A stretch of DNA of 64,000 nt from Candidatus Babeliales bacterium (GTDB lineage Bacteria > Babelota > Babeliae > Babelales > JBFXEV01). Shown one piece after another: positions 46,159-54,108 of the stretch. Below the pieces are notes generated by a model, which was not told the DNA's origin, did not search any database, and saw nothing but the letters and a program-made list of their open reading frames with translations. Position numbers and translations under genes: made by a program. Within the stretch, counting starts at the first letter, position 1, and each line of letters opens with the position of its first letter. Location of the stretch: contig OY970310.1 of assembly GCA_963716425.1 (NCBI GenBank), forward strand, positions 1,110,769 to 1,174,768. The letters are read 5' to 3'.

Positions 46159-47886
46159 ATGGCATTGAACAAAACTTCTATCCTCCTTTCCTTTGTAGCA
46201 TTTCTTACCATTTTTTTTGCGCAAGCAGGTTTTGTTAAAGGTACCGTAGTTAAAACAGCATCAGGATTTGTTCCTATAGATGAACTTAATATTGGCGATG
46301 AAGTGTACTGTTTTGATATGCATAGTGATGAACTTTTACTGCGGACCATAACAGATGTATCAAGGCATGAAGTTTCGTATCTTCTGTATATTCAAACGAA
46401 TGGTACTCACATAATTGTCGATGCCCAGCAACCTTTTTATTTACCGGTGGAAGAAGCGTGGTGTTATGCTGAAGATCTTCAACTCAGTATGGTGCTCTTA
46501 AGTTGTGATCAGCAACGCATTCTGGTACAGAATGTTAATGAAGTGTGCATTAATGCGCTGGTCTATGATATTACCGTTGATGAACTACATAATTTTTGTG
46601 TAACAATTGATGGCATAGTCGTTCATAATTTTTTTTGGGTAGCAATCCCATTAACTCTTTCTCTTTCAAAAATTGCATACTCACTTGGAGTTGCTGTAGT
46701 AGCATATGCGTGTTATGATTTTGTACAAAAAAATACTGGAGCATCAAATGATCTTAATATAGATCTTTCTAATGCTGATTTCTCTGGCTTCATTGATCCA
46801 TGTAGTTCTCAAAAAAATCAACAATATGGTCGTGATGACTATGCGTATTTAGGCAATGAAAGCAGTCATGGTAATGTTGTATTTGTATCTAATCAATCGC
46901 AAGAATCAATTAGTTCAGTGCCTACATATGCTACTAGAAAATTACCACAATCTCCTAGTGTGCATGATACTAGGTCATTTGCTGTACCGAAGATTGAATC
47001 TGAGAAGATACTTGGTTGTGGGACTGGATTATTGCCTGCTTCTGGAGAGTTTGATCAGAATAAGCCTTCTTGTATTCAAGGAATTGATAATAATGGTGGC
47101 CGGACGTGTGACACTGTCTTATTAATACTAGCTCCAGAAACTAATCTTGGTAAGCTTTGTGAAGTATCGGGTAGCAAAGATGATGATAGAGATAGTAAGC
47201 TGCCAACTTGTGGTATTGGTTTGCAGCCTATACCTGAACCCAGAACTTCTTGTAGTTGGAGTAACAATTCAACAAAACTAACTATTTATCCTGAAAAAAA
47301 AATTGGTGGAAATCAAGAGAGTGATGCTGAAACTGATAAAGAAGAAGCCGATAAGAAATATGATAGTGAAAAGATAGATATTGGTGTTGAAAGAGATCAG
47401 CACGAGCTAGGTCATCAAGATAAAGAAGAAATTAAAGTCTCTTTGGAAGAGACTGTGAGAATAATTAAAGAATTAGCTGAACAAAATCCTGAAAAAATTT
47501 GGTCAAAAATTACTCCAACTCAAGAATTTCATAATCCTCATTCGCTTATACCGCAATCATTTACAATTGAAGTAGATGGTCAAATTTTGTGGATGCATCC
47601 AAATGCTACAAAACATTTGATGGAAAATACAAGTCCCGTCAAAGAGGAAAGAGATAAGATTGATGATTTAAGATCTCCCTGGGATATTCCTTCAAAAGAG
47701 TATAAGTTTTCACATGAATTACTTCTTAACGATTTTTATGCAGCCTTACAGGAAGCGATAAGATCGGGGATAAAATACAAACAACGATTAGTTATTAATT
47801 CATGGCAGTTGGAATTTGGTTATCCTCGAATAGACAACGGTCATCCTATCGTTTTCCATGCTCGAAAGGAAAGAGCGCATGGATAA
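46159..47886 (+). CDS. Hint-domain polymorphic-toxin-like protein, copy 2 (type beta tip)
   Basis: 575 aa. The first approx 160 residues differ from copy 1 at only about 8 positions. The C-terminal approx 110 residues are much more divergent (HPNATKHLMENTSPVKEERDKIDDLRSPWDIPSKEYKFSHELLLNDFYAALQEAIRSGIKYKQRLVINSWQLEFGYPRIDNGHPIVFHA). Confidence 0.8.
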   Translation: MALNKTSILLSFVAFLTIFFAQAGFVKGTVVKTASGFVPIDELNIGDEVYCFDMHSDELLLRTITDVSRHEVSYLLYIQTNGTHIIVDAQQPFYLPVEEAWCYAEDLQLSMVLLSCDQQRILVQNVNEVCINALVYDITVDELHNFCVTIDGIVVHNFFWVAIPLTLSLSKIAYSLGVAVVAYACYDFVQKNTGASNDLNIDLSNADFSGFIDPCSSQKNQQYGRDDYAYLGNESSHGNVVFVSNQSQESISSVPTYATRKLPQSPSVHDTRSFAVPKIESEKILGCGTGLLPASGEFDQNKPSCIQGIDNNGGRTCDTVLLILAPETNLGKLCEVSGSKDDDRDSKLPTCGIGLQPIPEPRTSCSWSNNSTKLTIYPEKKIGGNQESDAETDKEEADKKYDSEKIDIGVERDQHELGHQDKEEIKVSLEETVRIIKELAEQNPEKIWSKITPTQEFHNPHSLIPQSFTIEVDGQILWMHPNATKHLMENTSPVKEERDKIDDLRSPWDIPSKEYKFSHELLLNDFYAALQEAIRSGIKYKQRLVINSWQLEFGYPRIDNGHPIVFHARKERAHG

Positions 47887-48424
47887 TTTATATTTTGAAT
47901 TGAGCACAATTCATATGATAAGTATGAAAAAAACGATAGATAAATATATGCCTTTGAGTATCGAATTTAAATATAATACTTATTCACATACTCATAATTG
48001 GATTGAATACCAAACGCCAAATCATTTTATGGAGTTTAGTATTGGTAATGAGTTTGGTGAGTTAATTAGTTTTACACTCGTACGTCATAAAATGTATAAT
48101 TTCATAAGTGGCAATATTGAGCTTAGCCAATATCCTTTGCATGAAGTGATTACTGGAATAAAAATAAAGAATTATGAAAATGTAAAAAAAGAATTTTACA
48201 ATAATGGATTTTATTATACTATTTCAGAATCATGTATAGTTGATGTCTATAATGATGCTTTGAAAGTATCAATGACAAATGCACCAGAGCCTGTTTTTTG
48301 TATAATGAACAACGATTTCGGTGTTCTTACAGATATTGAACTTAATATTTGTTCATTTGTTTTGAAGGGTATTACCTTAGTTGAGCATGCTTACTTCCAA
48401 GATCATGCAAAACGATCTACTTAA
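47879..48424 (+). CDS. small ORF 1, unit 2 (candidate immunity/partner, type beta)
   Basis: ATG overlaps the upstream stop (gcgcATGGATAA). The N-terminal half is strongly diverged from unit 1. The C-terminal half (APEPVFCIMNNDFGVLTDIE.NICSFVLKGITLVEHAY.QDHAKRST) is nearly identical. Confidence 0.6.
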   Translation: MDNLYFELSTIHMISMKKTIDKYMPLSIEFKYNTYSHTHNWIEYQTPNHFMEFSIGNEFGELISFTLVRHKMYNFISGNIELSQYPLHEVITGIKIKNYENVKKEFYNNGFYYTISESCIVDVYNDALKVSMTNAPEPVFCIMNNDFGVLTDIELNICSFVLKGITLVEHAYFQDHAKRST

Positions 48425-48788
48425 AAAGAAAACTATGTTAGAACATAATAATAAAATCATACAAAAAATTATTGAATTAAAAAAAATAGATATTCTAGAA
48501 TTGCTGCGGTACGGACTAGAACATGAATTCATTGATGGTGAATTTTGCTCAACTGTTGTAATAGAGCTTGTGAGTAAAAATATTATCACAGATAATTCGT
48601 ATGTCTTAGATATCGCTAGTTTAATTCGTACTAAATATGAAAATCAATATGAAAAAGCTCAATCACTAATCGTAGAAGCAACAAAAAAGACTGATGTTAC
48701 CTATAACGAGAGAAAGCAACTTTACAATAAAATATGGTTTTATGTATTTCAGCTTAATGATCTTTTAAAATCAGGATTTATAGTGTGA
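48387..48788 (+). CDS. small ORF 2, unit 2
   Basis: Nearly identical to 45323..45724 (MQNDLLKKK.MLEHNNKIIQKIIELKK.DILELLRYGLEHEFIDGEFCS). Confidence 0.55.
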   Translation: MLTSKIMQNDLLKKKTMLEHNNKIIQKIIELKKIDILELLRYGLEHEFIDGEFCSTVVIELVSKNIITDNSYVLDIASLIRTKYENQYEKAQSLIVEATKKTDVTYNERKQLYNKIWFYVFQLNDLLKSGFIV

Positions 48789-48789
48789 A

Positions 48790-48878
48790 GCATTGCAGTA
48801 ATGCCGTTGCTGGATCTGTAGGGGTAATCCATGTTATGCTCCTGCAGATAGTACGTGATTTTTCTCCAATGCGTGGCA
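48790..48878 (-). pseudogene. internal ankyrin-repeat remnant
   Basis: One minus-strand frame reads ATHWRKITYYLQEHNMDYPYRSSNGITAMLH, a decayed ANK repeat. Homologous DNA follows small ORF 2 in units 1 and 3 (..tgcag.a.tgc.gtt.ct.gatctg). Confidence 0.5.
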
Positions 48879-48881
48879 TAA

Positions 48882-49313
48882 CAAAATCCTGAAAAAATTT
48901 GGTCAAAAATTACTCCAACGCAGGAATTTGACAATCCGCATTCTCTTATTCCTAAATCATTCATTATTGATATAGATGTTCAACTTATATGGGTTTGCCC
49001 CAATGCTTCACAGCATCTTATCGGGGAGACAAGCCCATCTGGTTCCGAGAGTAAAAGAAAAGATGCTAAACCACTTAGACAGGAAATTGATTCCTTGATG
49101 TCTCCTTGGGATATTCCTACAAAAGAATATAAATTGTCTCATGAGTTATTGCTTAATGAATTTTATGAAGCAATTCAGAAGGCAATAAAATCAGATATAG
49201 TATATAATGAATTGTTAATTATTAATTCTTGGCAATTAAAATTTGTTTATCCAAGATTTGAAAGTGGGTATCCGGTCCTTTTTCATGATTATAGGGATAA
49301 AAATAGTGAGTAA
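48882..49313 (+). pseudogene. start-less orphan C-terminal cassette of the Hint protein (type alpha tip)
   Basis: The frame opens right after TAA at 48879-48881 with QNPEKIWSKITPTQEFDNPHSLIPKSFIIDIDVQLIWV...SKRKDAKPLRQEIDSLMSPWDIPTKEYKLSHELLLNEFYE...VLFHDYRDKNSE*. There is no ATG before 49098 and no N-terminal part. Confidence 0.7.
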
Positions 49314-49853
49314 GTTATATTTTCAATATGGTATTATAAAACTTAGTAGTGCGGAGAAAACAATTGATGAATATATACCAATGAATATAAAATTTGAATA
49401 TGATATATATTCGGATATTCGCCATAGGATTGAGTATCGCACTGAAAATTATTATATGTTTTTTAAAATAGGGGACCAATTTGGAGAATTAGTTGGTATT
49501 ACTCTTTTATGTAATAAAAATTATAATTTTATCAATGATAATATTTCACTTGATCAATTACCCTATAATAACAGCATTATTGCACTTAAAATTAAGAATA
49601 TTAATCAATTCGTAAAAAGACGTATCTTGATAATGGCGTTAATTATACTATTTCAGAATCATGCATAGTTGATGTCTATAATGATGCCTTGAAAATATCA
49701 ATGCCAAATGCGCCAAAACCTGTTTTCTGTATAATGAACAGCAATTTTGGTGTTCTTACAGATATTGAACTTAATATTTGTTCATTTGTGTTGAAGGGTA
49801 TTACCTTAGTTGAGCATGCTTACTTACAAGATCATGCAAAACGATCTACTTAA
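49306..49853 (+). pseudogene. small ORF 1, unit 3 (type alpha), frameshifted
   Basis: GTG start overlaps the orphan stop as in unit 1. A 1-nt deletion lies near 49614-49626 (aaaaagacgtatc versus aaaaagaccgtatc in unit 1). The downstream frame is otherwise open to 49853. Confidence 0.75.
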
Positions 49854-50210
49854 AAAGAAAACTATGTTAGAACATAATAATAAAATCATTAAAAAAATTA
49901 TTGAATTAAAAAAAATAGATATTCGAGAATTGCTGCGATATGGACTAGAACATGAATTTATTGATGGTGAATTTTGCTCAGCTATCGCACTTGAACTCAT
50001 GAGTAAGAATATCAGCAATGATACTATTGTGGAGCTTGCTAGTTTAATTCGAAATAAATATGAAAATCAATATGAGAAAGCATATGCAATAATGAATGAA
50101 GCAACAAAAAAACTGATGTTACCTATAATGAGAGAACGCAACTTTACAATAAAATATGATTTTATATATTTCAGCTTGATGATCTTTTAAAATCAGGATT
50201 TATAGAGTGA
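49834..50210 (+). pseudogene. small ORF 2, unit 3, frameshift plus nonsense
   Basis: A 1-nt deletion lies near 50105-50112 (gcaacaaaaaaactgatg versus gcaacaaaaaagactgatg). In addition TGG is changed to TGA (aaaatatgatttt versus aaaatatggtttt). Confidence 0.7.
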
Positions 50211-50240
50211 AGCCTTGCAGTACTGCAGTTGCTGGATCTG

Positions 50241-50408
50241 ATGGCAAAAAAACGAAGGCATCCAAAAAATGGAAACATTGGTTGGCCTGATAGGGAAGGA
50301 AATATTTGGGTACCTACGGGACCAAATGATCATGGAGGACGTCATTGGGACGTTCAAGATCGTGATGGAAGGCATAGAAATGTACATCCGAAAAAAAATA
50401 ATAGTTGA
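50241..50408 (+). CDS. 55-codon basic His/Gly/Trp-rich ORF (toxin-tip-like), below the ORF-track cutoff
   Basis: Manual translation: MAKKRRHPKNGNIGWPDREGNIWVPTGPNDHGGRHWDVQDRDGRHRNVHPKKNNS*. It begins exactly where homology to the amplified unit ends (..gctggatctg|ATG). Confidence 0.4.
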   Translation: MAKKRRHPKNGNIGWPDREGNIWVPTGPNDHGGRHWDVQDRDGRHRNVHPKKNNS

Positions 50409-50413
50409 TTATT

Positions 50414-50689
50414 ATGGAAAAAGAATTTTACTTGAAATGCAAACGATTATGGTTTTTTTCTCCCACAGATGAAGATATTTTTTTTGAATGGGTAAAAACT
50501 ATTCCAGCTATTTATAAGATAGATGGCGAGCTTGATGAGGAGCATCTTTATGTTCGCAAAGCAACTTTATCCGATAAAGATCTGAAGGAAATTGTCTCCT
50601 TATTTCGTCGCTATAAAATAGATCGAAAGCAACTGAAAGTTTTTCTTACTGATGATAATAAGCATTGGTTGGCAAAATGGCTTACATAA
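50414..50689 (+). CDS. small paralog A of a four-gene tandem family (candidate immunity-type protein)
   Basis: MEKEFYLKCKRLWFFSPTDEDIFFEWVKTIPAIYKIDG...LVSLFRRYKIDRKQLKVFLTDDNKHWLAKWL. Confidence 0.6.
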   Translation: MEKEFYLKCKRLWFFSPTDEDIFFEWVKTIPAIYKIDGELDEEHLYVRKATLSDKDLKEIVSLFRRYKIDRKQLKVFLTDDNKHWLAKWLT

Positions 50690-50970
50690 TTATTGGGAAA
50701 TATATGGTTGATTTAAATTGTAAAAAAGTACTTTTTTATTCACCTATGGATGAAGCTTTTTTTTTTGATTGGATATCAAGAATTCCAGCAGTAATAAAAG
50801 TAGAAAAAATTTCTGATGAAATTCATTTACATGTGAGAAGTATTCGGATTTCTTATGAAAATTTGGATAAATTAGTATCACTATTTCAACGATATAAAAT
50901 AAAAAGAAGGCAATTAGGTGTGTTTTTAAACGATAGAAATAAACATTGGTTGTCAAGATTGATTAAATAA
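50677..50970 (+). CDS. small paralog B (start 50677 or 50704)
   Basis: ..LNCKKVLFYSPMDEAFFFDWISRIPAVIKVE...LVSLFQRYKIKRRQLGVFLNDRNKHWLSRL. Confidence 0.6.
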   Translation: MAYIIIGKYMVDLNCKKVLFYSPMDEAFFFDWISRIPAVIKVEKISDEIHLHVRSIRISYENLDKLVSLFQRYKIKRRQLGVFLNDRNKHWLSRLIK

Positions 50971-51007
50971 TTTTTGAATATGTAAAGTAACATATTGAGA
51001 TTACCAA

Positions 51008-51280
51008 ATGGATATAGCTAGCATGGAAAAAGATATTGTTATAAGTTGTAAACGTGTGCGTTATTATACAGAAATTGATGAAGAATATTTTTTTGAATGG
51101 ATAGATCAAATTCCTTCTATATATAAGATTGATGGTCAACATGATGAACTGTATCTTCATTTAAAAACACATCAAATATCAGATGAAGAATTTAAAAATT
51201 TAGTGGCATTATTTAAGCGTTATAAGATACCTGCTATAAAGCAATTGCGTGTTTTTTCTAATGTTAATAAGTATTTATGA
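51008..51280 (+). CDS. small paralog C
   Basis: ..ISCKRVRYYTEIDEEYFFEWIDQIPSIYKIDG...LVALFKRYKIPAIKQLRVFSNVNKYL. Confidence 0.6.
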   Translation: MDIASMEKDIVISCKRVRYYTEIDEEYFFEWIDQIPSIYKIDGQHDELYLHLKTHQISDEEFKNLVALFKRYKIPAIKQLRVFSNVNKYL

Positions 51281-51576
51281 GCATAAAGGTTAACGATACC
51301 ATGGAAAATAAACAACTTTTTTTTACTGGAAAAAATGTAATATTTTATTCATCAATTGATGAAGCATTTTTTTATAAATGGGTTAAAAATATTTCATGTA
51401 TTGATGGGGTAGAAAATGTTTCTGGAGATTTTATTTTTTATCTGAAGAATCATAATATAAATAGCCAAGATTTAGATAGATTGGTAGGTTTGTTTGCTCG
51501 ATACTTAATTGATACTAAACAATTAAAAATTTTCTTGACTGATCAAAACAAGCCATGGCTTAAATATTGGGTTTAG
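51277..51576 (+). CDS. small paralog D
   Basis: ATGA overlap with paralog C. ..GKNVIFYSSIDEAFFYKWVKNISCIDGVE...LVGLFARYLIDTKQLKIFLTDQNKPWLKYW. Confidence 0.6.
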   Translation: MSIKVNDTMENKQLFFTGKNVIFYSSIDEAFFYKWVKNISCIDGVENVSGDFIFYLKNHNINSQDLDRLVGLFARYLIDTKQLKIFLTDQNKPWLKYWV

Positions 51577-51582
51577 AAGTAC

Positions 51583-51824
51583 ATAGTGGATCAAAACATT
51601 TGATGGAAAATACAAGTCCCGTCAAAGAGGAAAGAGATAATATTGATGAATTAAGATCTCCCTGGGATATTTCTTCAAAAGAGTATAAGTTTTCACATGA
51701 ATTACTTCTTAACGATTTGTATGCAGCCTTACAGGAAGCGATAAAATCGGAGATAAAATACAAACAACGATTAGTTATTAACTCATGGCAGTTAGACTTT
51801 GGCAATCTGCTCTTCACGTGTTGA
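51583..51824 (+). pseudogene. fourth, truncated orphan fragment of the Hint-protein C-terminal domain (mostly type beta)
   Basis: HSGSKHLMENTSPVKEERDNIDELRSPWDISSKEYKFSHELLLNDLYAALQEAIKSEIKYKQRLVINSWQLDFG, then unrelated NLLFTC*. No start and no following small ORFs. Confidence 0.65.
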
Positions 51825-52925
51825 AGTTGCTTGCAATAGTTTTGGTCTTGTTTGAATTGCACGTGAGATTTGTTCTCTCCAGAGTGGATAGTACGTAGGT
51901 AAGTTAGAGGCATCGAGTATCGCGCTCTGCTCAACCCAAGCCATATACGGTTTTGCTTGTTCACACATTTTCTGAGCGATGCTCAGTTGAGCTTCAAGCG
52001 CCTTGGCTTTCACAAAATAGTGACACAACAGAAGGTGAAGGTCTCTGCAGAGATTTGGCATTTCTCGTTTAAAACAAGCAAGCAACATTAAACCATTGGT
52101 ATTCCATTGATGTCTTATAGTTGATCTTGATACGTGAGTGAATAGGAGTTGTGCCATTTCTGGACTGCCTTCAGAAAGCGCAAGAACGCATATTGGTGTA
52201 GAAATTGATGGTTGATATCCTCTAGAAAATGATGGTTCTTTCAAAAAAGAAGATTTTGCAGGATCAGCACCAGCATCAAGAAGTAAGCATGCAGCTTCCA
52301 CACGTTGGTATGAGGTTGCGATATTTAAGAGGCCAGGCACTTTGACTCCATAGGCAGATCTAAGCGGACAGTTTCCATGAGTATTTATAATAAAATGATT
52401 AGGGTCAGCGCCTTGAGCAAGCAACCGCCTTAACCTTTGAGTATCACTTTCCTCAATGGATGTAATACATCGCGCATATATGTAATCCTCAAAGAGTGGG
52501 TGGTCATGCATTGCCAGGCTTTTAGACATGCTCGGTAAGTTAATGTGTGCTCCTGCCCCCAATAGGATTCTACCTATTGTGTTTGCTGCTTCCATTTTTA
52601 TCATCCCGATACTCAAGACCATACAGAGTGGTGTGCCGCCCATGCGATTGAGGGCATTCACATCAGCACCAGCTTCAACAAGTGCACTAACGCCTTGCGT
52701 AAACAATTTTTGAGCTGCCAAATGGAGAGGAGTATTGGCGTCAGCTCCATGACGCGCATTCACTTGTATTCCCTGAGTCTTGAGAGCTCTTTTTAATTTT
52801 GTGATATCTTTTTTTTGTAGAGCTTCAAATAATTGTCCATCCATGGCCAACTGTGGTGAGCTTATCAGCAGGGCTATAATGAAGGTAAGTGAAGGAATTA
52901 AATTAGTCTTTTGGTTCAGGTACAT
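51792..52925 (-). CDS. secreted ankyrin-repeat protein with C-terminal F-box-like region
   Basis: 377 aa. Leader ..LTFIIALLISSPQLAMD. ANTPLHLAAQKLFTQGVSALVEAGADVNALNRMGGTPL. MLLACFKREMPNLCRDLHLLLCHYFV...YYPLWREQI. Confidence 0.85.
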   Translation of the reverse strand: MYLNQKTNLIPSLTFIIALLISSPQLAMDGQLFEALQKKDITKLKRALKTQGIQVNARHGADANTPLHLAAQKLFTQGVSALVEAGADVNALNRMGGTPLCMVLSIGMIKMEAANTIGRILLGAGAHINLPSMSKSLAMHDHPLFEDYIYARCITSIEESDTQRLRRLLAQGADPNHFIINTHGNCPLRSAYGVKVPGLLNIATSYQRVEAACLLLDAGADPAKSSFLKEPSFSRGYQPSISTPICVLALSEGSPEMAQLLFTHVSRSTIRHQWNTNGLMLLACFKREMPNLCRDLHLLLCHYFVKAKALEAQLSIAQKMCEQAKPYMAWVEQSAILDASNLPTYYPLWREQISRAIQTRPKLLQATSTREEQIAKV

Positions 52926-52982
52926 CGTTGGTATGTCTTATCTAATGGAAAATACAGTGCTTGGGTTAGTACGCAAATAAAG

Positions 52983-53900
52983 CTAATTTCTTGCAGAAAA
53001 TAACTGATCAATATCCGATTTCCATGCAAGATATGTGGCTTCTAGTTCAGCTGCTGTGCATTTGCGGGCGCTTTTGCCCTGCGGCAACTTAAAGTGAATC
53101 GCTTGAAATCCTTCAACAGAGTGTGCGCCATGAATGTTTTCTAGTTTATCATCACTATGTATAAAGAGTGAGGCTGTTGGCACTAATTTGTGGCCTACCG
53201 CTTTAACTGCCTTATAAAAATCTTCATGTGGTTTGTGGCCATTACGTGAACTGGGCATAAAAACGCCCGGTTCTACTTCATGATATATTTCATGCTCGTG
53301 GTAACGTTCTTTTGCTTGCGCTACCGTGTGAGAAACTACAATGGCATCAAATAACTCTTCAATGCACACGCCTTGTTCTTGCATGCGTTTACGGAAATAT
53401 TTGTTATGGCAATAATCTTGGTTAGTTGCACCAATTATAGTGTAACCTTGTTTTTTGAGTTCTTTTATATAATTAATGACCTGCCAGATTGGTTTTGGCT
53501 TTACAAAGTAAGAAATAATTTCTTCAGTATAGGGAGCAATATCTGCATGACGTTGCGCAACCAACTCTTTTGAAAGGGCATGGATAATATTAGTAGCCCC
53601 CTGCATGTGCTCTGATATTTCGTGGCCGCGTTTTTTGATTGCTCGCCAGTTCCACAACAGTTTGGCAGCTTTGTGAGGCTGATGCCAGGTGACTTTCACA
53701 ATGAGTGACATGTAGCTTGCAATCTCTGAAAAACCCATTTTCCCCCTGATATTTACTACGTCATCGCAGTCAAAGGTAAAGATCTGTTTTTGGGTATGAG
53801 CGATTGACAGAGTATAAGTCGAGTAATGTAGAGCAAGCATACTGGTAAGGGCCAATTTAATGAATAGGTTCTGCATATGAGCAACCTTTTTTGAAAACAT
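52983..53900 (-). CDS. HAD-like hydrolase with N-terminal signal/anchor
   Basis: 305 aa. Hydrophobic N-terminus. FTFDCDDVV (DxDxV motif I-like), IIGATNQD, LFIHSDDKLENIHGA. Confidence 0.6.
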   Translation of the reverse strand: MFSKKVAHMQNLFIKLALTSMLALHYSTYTLSIAHTQKQIFTFDCDDVVNIRGKMGFSEIASYMSLIVKVTWHQPHKAAKLLWNWRAIKKRGHEISEHMQGATNIIHALSKELVAQRHADIAPYTEEIISYFVKPKPIWQVINYIKELKKQGYTIIGATNQDYCHNKYFRKRMQEQGVCIEELFDAIVVSHTVAQAKERYHEHEIYHEVEPGVFMPSSRNGHKPHEDFYKAVKAVGHKLVPTASLFIHSDDKLENIHGAHSVEGFQAIHFKLPQGKSARKCTAAELEATYLAWKSDIDQLFSARN

Positions 53901-54042
53901 ATATTGTATAGAAATAGCTTATAGTATAGAGGGAAATTGTCTACTTTATCGCAGATAGTGTGCTCCAGAAGCAGTTATGGGGGACACTTGTCTGGGGGCG
54001 AATTTTTTACAGGTATGTAAACCTGTGAAAAATCACCACATA

Positions 54043-54070
54043 TTGACTTTTTCTTATATTTATATACAAT
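54043..54070 (+). promoter_or_regulatory. sigma70-like promoter candidate for the 54109-60271 operon
   Basis: TTGACT (54043-54048), a 16-nt AT-rich spacer, then TACAAT (54065-54070), about 40 nt upstream of the ATG. GGAG Shine-Dalgarno at approx 54096. Confidence 0.35.
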
Positions 54071-54108
54071 TAGTAATAATAATTATGAATTAACCTGGAG
54101 ATTATAGA

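Larger units (their letters stand above)
45791..48881. repeat. tandem unit 2 of the amplified module
   Basis: Collinear with unit 1: ank remnant, shared intergenic sequence from GGACACGCT(T)AATTTTTAGA, Hint gene, two small ORFs. Confidence 0.8.

Noticed and set aside
42600-51830. CRISPR array or other non-coding repeat as an explanation for the repetitiveness
   Set aside because: The repeat unit is approx 3.1 kb and protein-coding throughout. No short direct repeats with unique spacers are seen anywhere in the window.
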